Positions 1 through 7,845 of a stretch of 19,278 nt of DNA are shown in pieces. The notes under the pieces were generated by a model. The model was not told the origin of the DNA. It searched no databases and was given only the letters and a program-made list of their open reading frames with translations. Within the stretch, counting starts at the first letter, position 1. Each line of letters begins with the position of its first letter. This stretch comes from Bdellovibrionota bacterium (lineage in GTDB: Bacteria; Bdellovibrionota; UBA1018; UBA923), in NCBI GenBank assembly GCA_040754655.1, contig JBFMCE010000076.1, positions 1 through 19,278 of the forward strand, written 5' to 3'. The translations under genes and the position numbers were made by a program.

Positions 1-363
1 TTCACCAGAGCTAAACGCCAAAACATCGAGCAGACTGGGCTGCGACGCTTTCGCCGATGCCGGGATCCAACTCCATTGGATCTTATCGCCATGAATTTTT
101 AGTTGGCTGGCCAGATCTTTCGCGGTTCGGGGGGCCTCACCACCATGGATTGACAGCGCAGGCAAGACTTCTTCGATCGGTTCGAAGAATGCAGGCATCC
201 AATCTTGCTGGTCTTGGAAACAAAGCTTCGTTATCTTTTCATGGTCATTCCACGCCCGCCCGGATTCACACAGAAGAGAGAATCCAAGAAAAACGATGCC
301 AGCCAACGCCTTTGAATGTCTTCGTCGGTGTAAGATGCGAAAAACACTCCGCACGTTTTTCAT
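1..363 (-). CDS. Partial (runs off window) secreted protein, probable Zn-dependent phospholipase C / P1 nuclease-like family
   Basis: Not in the ORF track; translated by hand from ATG at 363: MKNVRSVFRILHRRRHSKALAGIVFLGFSLLCESGRA-WNDHEKIT...LLDVLAFSSGE, open to position 1. A signal peptide followed directly by W-x-x-H resembles the N-terminal Trp/His Zn ligands of the PLC/P1 nuclease superfamily. Starts 4 nt after the gdhA stop. Confidence 0.55.
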   Translation of the reverse strand, partial: MKNVRSVFRILHRRRHSKALAGIVFLGFSLLCESGRAWNDHEKITKLCFQDQQDWMPAFFEPIEEVLPALSIHGGEAPRTAKDLASQLKIHGDKIQWSWIPASAKASQPSLLDVLAFSSGE

Positions 364-367
364 CGGA

Positions 368-1654
368 TCATGGAAACAATCCGCGCAAAAGCATCGCACG
401 ATTCAATCGGTCCACGCCGGTAATCAACGCGGCGGTCTTCATATCATTGGTCTTGTAGCGATCCATGCAGCTAACGACGCGCTGGAAAGCGCTGACCATC
501 GAATCTTTCAGTTTTTCATTCACTTCTTCTTCGCTCCAGAAGAAGTTCTGCAGACCCTGCACCCACTCGAAGTACGAAACGATAACGCCGCCAGCGTTGC
601 AAAGGATGTCGGGAATGATGAATACGCCGCGATCCACAAGAACCTTATGAGCATCCGCGGTGATAGGTCCATTCGCGCCTTCTGCGATGATCTTGGCGTT
701 CACTTTGCCGACATTGCCTGAATGAATCACGCCATCGATCGCGGCAGGGATCATCACATCCACAGGCAGCGCCAAGAGCTCGTCATTTGAGATGGGTTCT
801 CCGCCAGGAAATCCACGCAATGTCCGGTTTTTGGCCACATGGCGCATGAGCTCCGGAATATTCAAGCCATTCTTATTGTAAAGACCGCCCGAAACATCGC
901 TCACAGCAACGATCTTACAGCCCAGCATCGCCATCTCTTCAGCCGCGACCGATCCCACTTTTCCAAATCCGTGCACTGAAACGGAGGTCGTGCCATCCAG
1001 TTTGATGCCCGCCTTCTGCGCGGCTTGAATGATCGTATAGACCACTCCCCGACCCGTGCTCTCAGCACGCCCAAGGCTTCCGCCGATCTCCACTGGCTTT
1101 CCTGTGACAACACCTGGGATCGCGTATCCTCGCTCTTGCGAGAACGTATCCATCATCCAAGCCATCGTCTGGCCATCGGTTCCCACGTCAGGGGCCGGAA
1201 TGTCTTTGTCCGGACCAATGATCATATTGATTTCAGTCGTATAGCGCCGGGTCAGAGCTTGTTTTTCTTGCCGCGACAATAAATTGGGATCTACCGCGAT
1301 CCCGCCCTTCGCTCCGCCCAAGGGCAACCCCACGAGCGAACACTTGAACGTCATCAGCATCGCAAGGCCCGCGACCTCGGAAAGCGTTACGTCTTGATGG
1401 TAACGGATACCGCCTTTTCCCGGCCCCAGAGTCATGTTGTGCTGAACGCGGAAACCTTCGAAAACAGCGATGCTGCCGTCATCAAGGCGAATCGGAACGC
1501 TGACGACCAAAGCTCGCTTCGGCCTTTTGAGGCGCTCACAGATATTGGGGTCTAGCCTCATAACGTTCGCGGCTTCTTGAAGCTGCAAAACGGCGTTCTG
1601 ATACAACGGACTTGAAGACCATATTCCAGTGCTTGGGATTGCCATAATAGGCAT
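368..1654 (-). CDS. gdhA: Glu/Leu/Phe/Val dehydrogenase (NAD(P)-dependent glutamate dehydrogenase)
   Basis: Motifs GFRVQH, GPGKGGIRY, GGAKGG, PAPDVGT, TGKP..GGSLGR, HGFGKVG (Rossmann), EGANGP, PDILCNAGGVIVSYFEWVQ. The true start may be the ATG at 1645. Confidence 0.95.
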   Translation of the reverse strand: MPIMAIPSTGIWSSSPLYQNAVLQLQEAANVMRLDPNICERLKRPKRALVVSVPIRLDDGSIAVFEGFRVQHNMTLGPGKGGIRYHQDVTLSEVAGLAMLMTFKCSLVGLPLGGAKGGIAVDPNLLSRQEKQALTRRYTTEINMIIGPDKDIPAPDVGTDGQTMAWMMDTFSQERGYAIPGVVTGKPVEIGGSLGRAESTGRGVVYTIIQAAQKAGIKLDGTTSVSVHGFGKVGSVAAEEMAMLGCKIVAVSDVSGGLYNKNGLNIPELMRHVAKNRTLRGFPGGEPISNDELLALPVDVMIPAAIDGVIHSGNVGKVNAKIIAEGANGPITADAHKVLVDRGVFIIPDILCNAGGVIVSYFEWVQGLQNFFWSEEEVNEKLKDSMVSAFQRVVSCMDRYKTNDMKTAALITGVDRLNRAMLLRGLFP

Positions 1655-1700
1655 TACTTACGATGAACAAATACAAGCGTCAACTGCACTGCAGGCAAGA

Positions 1701-3119
1701 TCAACGGATGTGGATCCCTAGCTCTTTGAGTTTGAGCTGAAGTCCTTTCCGTGAAAGCCCGAGCTTTTCAGCCGTCTTAGTAATATTGTTCTCATTTTGT
1801 TCAAGGGCGCGCTCAATGATCTCGCGTTCGACCGCCTGAGTCTGACGCTTCACAATATCTTTAAAGGATTCCCCGCTTTGATAGGCTTGGATGAAATCGC
1901 TTCTTTCAGCGGTCTCCTTGGAATCGGTCGCCGTGGCTTCAATGACTTCAGAAGGAAGGTCGCTGACGCGCAAAATATTGGTTTCACTCATCAGCACCGA
2001 CCGCTCAAGCACGTTTTCAAGCTGCCGGATATTCCCGGGCCACGAATAGGCCAAAAGCTTCTGCAAACAACCGGAGTCCACGGTTTCAATATTCTTGTGA
2101 AGCCGATCGTTGAATTTCCGAATGAAAAAGTAGATCAGGTCCTCGATATCCACCTTGCGCTCTCGCAGCGGGGAAAGAAATATCGGCACGACGTTGAGCC
2201 TGTAAAAGAGATCTTCGCGAAACCTGCCTTCCCTGATTTCCTTCGCGATGTCTTTATTGGTCGCTGCAATCAGCCTGACATCGATCTTGATCGTCTGAAG
2301 CCCCCCGACGCGCTCGAATTCCGATTCTTGAATCACTCGCAAGAGCTTCACCTGCATCTCAAGCGGCATTTCAGCCACCTCATCCAAGAAGAGCGTGCCC
2401 TCGTGAGCAAGTTCAAATCTTCCGGGCTTCGAGTTGACGGCGCCGGTAAATGCGCCTTTCTCGTAACCAAAAAGCTCGCTCTCGATCAAAGTATGGGGAA
2501 TCGCAGCGCAGTTGATTTTGATGAAAGGTTTCGAGGCACGGTCGGAATTGCGGTGGATCTCAAGAGCAACGAGCTCCTTGCCCGTTCCTGACTCGCCTGT
2601 GATGAGGACGGTCGAAGGAGAAGCGGCCACCTTGTGTATGACTCGAAGAACGTCTTGCATCTGCGGGCTTTTGCCGACCAAAAGCGATTGCTGGAGCTGA
2701 GCCTCAGACACCGCACCCTGAGGTTCTTGCCGGCGCAAAGCATACGTGTTCGCGGCTTTCTCTACTATCGCGAGAATTTCGCCTTGTTCAAAAGGCTTGG
2801 TGATGTAATCAAAAGCGCCTTTTTTCAGGGCTAGCACCGCGCTCTCCACCGTTCCAAAAGCTGTAATCATGACGACAGGCAAACCTGGTTGTTTGATCTG
2901 CATCTCGTCAAGAATGTGCATGCCGCTGATTTGCGGCATGTAGAGGTCAGTGATCACCGCGCAATAACCGTGGTCTTGTTTGTCGAGAATGCGCATGGCT
3001 TGAGCTGGATCATTGACGGCATCGATGCTAAAGCCGCCCTTCTCAAGAATGGCTTTGATGACAAAGGTGATGTTCTTTTCGTCGTCGACGACCAAGACGC
3101 GGCGGTTGTTCACGATCAT
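1701..3119 (-). CDS. Sigma-54-dependent response regulator, NtrC/AtoC family (REC - AAA+ - Fis HTH)
   Basis: LVVDDE and VITDLYMP (phospho-Asp) receiver, GESGTGKE Walker A, ESELFGYEKGAFTGA, FLDEV Walker B, WPGNIRQLEN, C-terminal TAEKLGLSRKGL HTH. Confidence 0.96.
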   Translation of the reverse strand: MIVNNRRVLVVDDEKNITFVIKAILEKGGFSIDAVNDPAQAMRILDKQDHGYCAVITDLYMPQISGMHILDEMQIKQPGLPVVMITAFGTVESAVLALKKGAFDYITKPFEQGEILAIVEKAANTYALRRQEPQGAVSEAQLQQSLLVGKSPQMQDVLRVIHKVAASPSTVLITGESGTGKELVALEIHRNSDRASKPFIKINCAAIPHTLIESELFGYEKGAFTGAVNSKPGRFELAHEGTLFLDEVAEMPLEMQVKLLRVIQESEFERVGGLQTIKIDVRLIAATNKDIAKEIREGRFREDLFYRLNVVPIFLSPLRERKVDIEDLIYFFIRKFNDRLHKNIETVDSGCLQKLLAYSWPGNIRQLENVLERSVLMSETNILRVSDLPSEVIEATATDSKETAERSDFIQAYQSGESFKDIVKRQTQAVEREIIERALEQNENNITKTAEKLGLSRKGLQLKLKELGIHIR

Positions 3120-5215
3120 CCTTTATCAGATACCGGCAAATGCACCGAGAATCGAGTAAATTTTGATTCCTCGCTAGTCACGTCGATCCGGCCGCCGTGA
3201 GCTTCCACAATCCGAGAACAAATGGAAAGCCCCAGACCCGTTCCGCTGGGAGAGGTCGTGAAGAATGGAATGAAGAGTTTATCGAGGTTTTCACGAGGAA
3301 TTCCTTTTCCATTGTCTTCGACGAAAAGCACCAACTCAAACGCCCCATCTCGGCTGCGCCGTTCTTTCGAGGCGCCAAGCTTGATCACCCCCCCTGAAGC
3401 AGGAGGAGCCTGTCTTAGGGAATTTATCGCGTTTTGCACAAGATTCACCAAGACCTGCTTGATTTGTTCTGGCGCGCAGTTGGCCCAAGGCAGAGCCCCA
3501 AAGCCGCCCTCTGGCGCCACCAATTGGATTGATATGCCAGCACGCTTCTCGCTTTGGAAAAGCGCAAAGGTTCGTTCAAGGATATTCCCAACGTCATATC
3601 GAACAAATCCTTCGCCCAAGGGACGCGAGTAATCAAGAAACTGGGTCACTACTTTGTTGAGGCGGTTCACTTCCTCAACGATGACTTGCAAGAAAGCGCC
3701 CTGCTCTCCGCCCCGATCAGGCTCAAGGTACTGGGCAGCCCCTTTGATCGCGCCAAGCGGGTTTCTGATCTCATGAGCAAGGCCCGCCGCCATCTCACCT
3801 AGAGCCGCGAGCCGATCTTTCTCGCGCAATCGCACGTAAACATCCATATTTTTCAAAGTATGAGCCGCCTGCAAAAAGAACGGGTAGATGGCCGACAAAA
3901 CCCCCCAATTGTTGCCCCAAGGTTCCGGTGGGTTCACCGCCTTGATCGCTGAAAACCCGAGTACCGTGTTGTTTGCGATGAAAGGAATGACGATGTTCGC
4001 ATTGAGCCCTTGCATTCCTTTCAGCACGGCATCGTAAAGTTGGCGCTGGGTCTGACTGGTCGAACGGTCAATCTCATTGATCACGTACTGATCAAGAATG
4101 ACAGGGGTTTCACCCCTCTTGCGCATGCGATCGAAGAATTCCACGACCGGGTGATTCGAGAGGATTTCTCGACTGAAGAGTTGCTCGTCTCTCACGCCTC
4201 GAATGCGTCGAAACTTGCTGCCGTCAGAACGCAAAACGAATACCGTCGCGGATTCGCATTTCAAGGTGTTTTCGAGGAAGTGGAGGGTCAATTGAGAAAG
4301 TCCGTTGGTATCGAGAACGCCGGTGAGCTGCAACTGCGCTTCTTGGAGCTTATTCTCGAACTCGGCATACTTCCGGCTCAAGAGCTGAACAACCCCGATG
4401 TTCATCAATTTTTTTATCGGATCAATGAGCAATAAGATCAAGAAAGAAGCCAGGAAAGTGTTTAACAAAAAGAGCGCGGGCGAGTTATCGACCCAAGCAA
4501 CCAAGATCGTGTAGACGAGCGTCATGCACATGCTGATGAAAACGATGACTACGAGCCGGTTGAAAAGAGCGCTCACGTTCAAAAGGCGCTGGTGGATGAT
4601 CGCTTCGCTGATGATGAAGAGATAGAGGCAGAGCAAGATGTTTCCGATGCTGGGAATGACGTCTCCGAATTCGGGAACGTGGTCCATCACGGCTGACATC
4701 AGGAGAAAAAGAGCCCCGACGTAAAGCCAGCTTCTGCGCGTGAGGCCGACGGTTGAGATCTTTGCCCTTCTGACCGCGCCTCGCTTGAGCCGCCAATCAA
4801 TCACCATGAAATGCAGGCAGGCGATCACGAGGAAACTGGGGCCGAAATAAGCCAAGCCTTTCACAAGGGGCTCATCTGAAAAGCTGCTCCAAAGGAAGCC
4901 GATCACCAAGGCGGTGTAGGCGGCTGAGATGCGATAGAGCCAACGGATGAACCAGTTCTCAACACGAGTCAGAACCCGAACAAAATAAACCCCTACAGGA
5001 GCAAGCGCTAGATTGAAGACGAGATGGACTTTGTAAAACGTTCCGGTCTCGAAAACTTTCTCAAGGAAAAACGAAAAGGACCAAATACTGATAACCCCGC
5101 AAAGCAGAGCATAGTGCATTACAAGTTTATTGCGCAGGTTTCGAGAGAGCGCGGTGACCGCAAGAGAAAATGCAACGACAGCGACCACTAAAGCTGATTG
5201 ACCGAGGATATCCAT
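3116..5215 (-). CDS. Membrane sensor histidine kinase (multi-TM N-terminus, GAF-like domain, HisKA/HATPase)
   Basis: About 7-8 hydrophobic segments in the first ~270 aa; H-box LAHEIRNPL; N-box NLVQNA; DNGKGI, FFTT, GTGLGL. Its stop overlaps the regulator start (ATGA at 3116-3119). Confidence 0.95.
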   Translation of the reverse strand: MDILGQSALVVAVVAFSLAVTALSRNLRNKLVMHYALLCGVISIWSFSFFLEKVFETGTFYKVHLVFNLALAPVGVYFVRVLTRVENWFIRWLYRISAAYTALVIGFLWSSFSDEPLVKGLAYFGPSFLVIACLHFMVIDWRLKRGAVRRAKISTVGLTRRSWLYVGALFLLMSAVMDHVPEFGDVIPSIGNILLCLYLFIISEAIIHQRLLNVSALFNRLVVIVFISMCMTLVYTILVAWVDNSPALFLLNTFLASFLILLLIDPIKKLMNIGVVQLLSRKYAEFENKLQEAQLQLTGVLDTNGLSQLTLHFLENTLKCESATVFVLRSDGSKFRRIRGVRDEQLFSREILSNHPVVEFFDRMRKRGETPVILDQYVINEIDRSTSQTQRQLYDAVLKGMQGLNANIVIPFIANNTVLGFSAIKAVNPPEPWGNNWGVLSAIYPFFLQAAHTLKNMDVYVRLREKDRLAALGEMAAGLAHEIRNPLGAIKGAAQYLEPDRGGEQGAFLQVIVEEVNRLNKVVTQFLDYSRPLGEGFVRYDVGNILERTFALFQSEKRAGISIQLVAPEGGFGALPWANCAPEQIKQVLVNLVQNAINSLRQAPPASGGVIKLGASKERRSRDGAFELVLFVEDNGKGIPRENLDKLFIPFFTTSPSGTGLGLSICSRIVEAHGGRIDVTSEESKFTRFSVHLPVSDKG

Positions 5216-5269
5216 GCTTGCTCACTTTACTACACGAGGAGGGGAAGAGTTGAAAAAAAATCTCCTGCT

Positions 5270-5364
5270 AACCGTGAACCGTGAACCGTGAACCGTGAAC
5301 CGTGAACCGTGAACCGTGAACCGTGAACCGTGAACCGTGAACCGTGAACCGTGAACCGTGAACC
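5270..5364. repeat. Perfect heptamer tandem repeat (AACCGTG)x13 plus partial AACC
   Basis: Read directly: 13 full units at 5270-5360, AACC at 5361-5364, no mismatches. One reverse-complement unit CACGGTT at 5385-5391. Confidence 0.98.
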
Positions 5365-5500
5365 AATAAACGAGCGCGATAAGACACGGTTGCGCAAGTG
5401 GTTTTATGGTAGGCGCACTAAAAATATTTTTTGGCGAGATGAGATTTTTCTCTCGAATCCAATTTGCGTGCGTTTAATCCAAAAACCGCGCACTAACAGC

Positions 5501-5516
5501 TGGCACGGGTGTTGCT
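5501..5516 (+). promoter_or_regulatory. Sigma-54 (-24/-12) promoter upstream of the transposase remnant
   Basis: TGGCACG-GGTG-TTGCT matches the RpoN consensus TGGCACG-N4-TTGCW exactly. An ATG follows at 5547. Confidence 0.8.
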
Positions 5517-5546
5517 CTACATCTTTGAAGAAGGGTAGTAAAAGAG

Positions 5547-5770
5547 ATGCAGCGGCAGATTCAGTCACGACCACCAGTTCAGATACAACTCTTGTCCGAG
5601 CGCCAACAACAACTGACTCTTCTCAAAGAGAAGAGCAGCTCAACTGGAAGATCGAGCTTAAAGCGCTAGCGATCGGGTGCAATCACATTCACCTTGCACT
5701 AAAAACGCCATCGCGCGAGAGTTTTGCAAGCTTTCACAGAAGTGTTGCTGGAAGAATCGCAAGATCTTGA
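5547..5770 (+). pseudogene. Decayed HUH/Y1 (IS200-like / REP-associated tyrosine transposase, RAYT) remnant
   Basis: The 3' part of ORF 5351-5770 reads WKIELKALAIGCNHIHLALKTPSRESFASFHRSVAGRIARS*, resembling a Y1_Tnp beta-strand, NHxH HUH motif and following helix. It stops before the catalytic-Tyr helix. ATG 5547 opens a different frame (MQRQIQSRPPVQIQLLSERQQQLTLLKEKS...), implying an internal deletion or frameshift. Confidence 0.65.
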
Positions 5771-5859
5771 GTTTTCAGTGCAGAACCTAAAAGAAGGTCA
5801 GGGGCCCGCCTAACGGCTTTTCATCGTCCGAGGATGAGCCTCGGGGTGATGATCCAATC

Positions 5860-5884
5860 TCAGGCCTTATTGGCCCTGATTTTT
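5860..5884 (+). terminator. Possible intrinsic terminator downstream of the transposase remnant
   Basis: TCAGGCC-TTATT-GGCC(C)TGA hairpin followed by TTTTT. Confidence 0.35.
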
Positions 5885-6001
5885 ATCGTTCAACACTTTG
5901 GAATCAACGCACACGGTGGGGAGATCCAATGTTGACTCAATGACGGATGGGCTTATTTTGCCTGCCTACAATTCGGGTCAAAATGCGACGATAGAGAGGC
6001 G

Positions 6002-6955
6002 ATGAGATCCAGGTTTCTGCGCCATTTTCGCGATTTTTTCATGACCGCATCGATGGGCGCACTCTTGTTCACGATTGCCACGCCCCGTTCAGCCGATGCT
6101 GTAAACCACTTCAGACCAAGCCCAAATCCCGCGCCGAATCAAAAGGGACCTAAAACCAATGGCAGTTGCGCCACCGGCGCAGCCCAAAGGTTCACCAACT
6201 TTGCTCTAAATGGCATCACGAGCGCGTCTTCATCACCATCGTTTGAGAGGTTTTCCATCACTCCGGCTCCTAACCGCATGACGGAGGATTTTGCACCGAT
6301 GAGAAAAGTTCCGGCAACGCCCGTCGTCGTAGAAGCCAATCCCACTCTTGGAGTTATGCTCAATGGAACTTGGGTCACCAAAGACGCAGGTCCCAGAGGT
6401 TTCCATGTCCAAGAGAGCCCCAATCCTTTGCACGACCTTGGTTTTTTCCAAGACGATCTCTATGACTTTTTGAACGAACCCATCTTATCGGTGGGCGAAG
6501 GCGCAGGACTCGTTGTGCCCTACCTAAAACGTTTGGGGCTAAAGGCCCGTGGCCTTGACCTCTGGTATGATGAAGCCGTCATACAAAAACTCAAAGAAGT
6601 TGATCCAGAAGGCAAACACTCTGGCTACCTCGTCGAATACTACAATAGACACAAACAGAATCTCGTCGCAGGCAGCGTTTTCGACATTCCTTATCAAAAT
6701 GAATCGATAAAACTTGTGGTGGCCAAGTATCTGATCAACAACATCGAAACCCAAAGAGACAAATTTCGGGCCCTCGATGAGATGGTGCGCGTGCTCAAAG
6801 TTGACGGGGAAGCGAGAATCTTGCAATTAGCTGAACCAGGGAGCTTCGATGAAAGGCTCTTGGTGAAGGTTCTCTCTGAACGTTATGGGGGCAAAGTAAG
6901 TGTCGAGCTTCGTTTTGGGAACCTGCTTATTTTGAAAAAACTGAGAAGAGGATAA
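6002..6955 (+). CDS. Class I SAM-dependent methyltransferase with N-terminal signal-like segment
   Basis: Motif I-like ILSVGEGAG, then ARGLD, GSVFDIPYQNESIKLVV and ALDEMVRVLKVDGEARI (Methyltransf_11-like). N-terminus is basic then hydrophobic with an ADA site. RBS GAGAGG upstream. Confidence 0.75.
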   Translation: MRSRFLRHFRDFFMTASMGALLFTIATPRSADAVNHFRPSPNPAPNQKGPKTNGSCATGAAQRFTNFALNGITSASSSPSFERFSITPAPNRMTEDFAPMRKVPATPVVVEANPTLGVMLNGTWVTKDAGPRGFHVQESPNPLHDLGFFQDDLYDFLNEPILSVGEGAGLVVPYLKRLGLKARGLDLWYDEAVIQKLKEVDPEGKHSGYLVEYYNRHKQNLVAGSVFDIPYQNESIKLVVAKYLINNIETQRDKFRALDEMVRVLKVDGEARILQLAEPGSFDERLLVKVLSERYGGKVSVELRFGNLLILKKLRRG

Positions 6956-7019
6956 CTATTCAACACCGCCAGGGTCGCCATTGGCGATACCAGTGATTTT
7001 CCGAATGAACTCTTCTAGA

Positions 7020-7691
7020 TCAATCGATATGTATCAAAGGCAGCGGAAACTTCTTCATCGGGCTCTCTCCTTTTACCAAGATGCCCAGGTGCTGATGACG
7101 CCATTCTCCTGCGCTCGTCTCTTCCTTGTCGTGCCACCGGTCAAGGAAATCAGAATGAGAAAGGTAGGCGTATCTGTCATAGGCCGAAGGATCCATGAAA
7201 TACAGGCGATGGTCATCCATCGCGATCAAGACCGCGTAGTGGCCGTCCTCCCAATTGTCTTTCCAAGGAATCTTGAAGCGTTCGTCATCTCGCCAAGCCT
7301 GAAAAGAAACCACTACCGTGATTCCTTTAGCTAGCGCTTCACGCAAGTCAGCAAGGGTAAGCCCTTCTTTCACTTCAACAGTCAGTTCGTGTTCAGCTAA
7401 AACTTTCGCCATGCGCCGTGGGTCGGTGCCTTTGTTCTCATCAGTACCTAATGCCTGATGGAGGCTTCTTTCATTGCCGTCGTACGTTTGCCAATACCTG
7501 AGTATGGCGAGCACGACTGCAGGTCCACAGCTGTAGTCAGTCGCCTGCGAAAGCAACGGAACCTTGAGATGTTGCGCTGGAAGTTCGGGTTGGTCCTGTC
7601 TTAATGGTTTTTGCTTCGCACCCAAAGAGGCCGAGCCTACCGCAAGACAGCACAATACCGTGAGAAGCAAGAATTTGATTTGAGCCACCAT
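7020..7691 (-). CDS. Exported stand-alone C39-family (papain-like) cysteine peptidase
   Basis: VPLLSQATDYSCGPA (Q49, C55), GHYAVLIA (H151), YFMDP (D167); signal peptide; RBS GGAGG. Confidence 0.88.
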   Translation of the reverse strand: MVAQIKFLLLTVLCCLAVGSASLGAKQKPLRQDQPELPAQHLKVPLLSQATDYSCGPAVVLAILRYWQTYDGNERSLHQALGTDENKGTDPRRMAKVLAEHELTVEVKEGLTLADLREALAKGITVVVSFQAWRDDERFKIPWKDNWEDGHYAVLIAMDDHRLYFMDPSAYDRYAYLSHSDFLDRWHDKEETSAGEWRHQHLGILVKGESPMKKFPLPLIHID

Positions 7692-7808
7692 GCCTCCGCT
7701 ATCGTAAAAACTTCTTCCTCAGAATAAAAAGCTAGCTGTAGAACGCCAGTTCGACAACCCATTTGAAATTCTGTTGACGAAGCCCACAACCTCTTTTTAT
7801 GTTGCAGT

Positions 7809-7827
7809 CGGTCGAAATCTTCGACCG
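7809..7827. promoter_or_regulatory. Perfect inverted repeat between the divergent C39 and M28 genes (candidate TF site)
   Basis: CGGTCGAA-ATC-TTCGACCG. Confidence 0.5.
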
Positions 7828-7845
7828 TTCTTTTGGGGGATTTTT

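Noticed and set aside
57..458. 133-aa plus-strand ORF (and 296-721)
   Set aside because: Antisense to gdhA and to the better-supported minus-strand signal-peptide ORF at 1-363.
1797..2591. 264-aa plus-strand ORF
   Set aside because: Antisense shadow of the conserved sigma-54 activator AAA+ domain with no motifs of its own. The other short ORFs overlapping the called genes were rejected the same way.
5270..5364. Repeat array as a CRISPR array or telomere
   Set aside because: Units are 7 bp with no spacers, there are no cas or reverse transcriptase genes in the window, and the array is internal with genes on both sides.
5351..5546. 5' part of the 139-aa ORF as real coding sequence
   Set aside because: It starts at a GTG inside the repeat and runs through promoter elements; only the HUH-like 3' part resembles a protein.
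5771..6001. SAM or c-di-GMP riboswitch upstream of the methyltransferase
   Set aside because: No recognisable consensus of known classes; kept only as an unassigned structured region.
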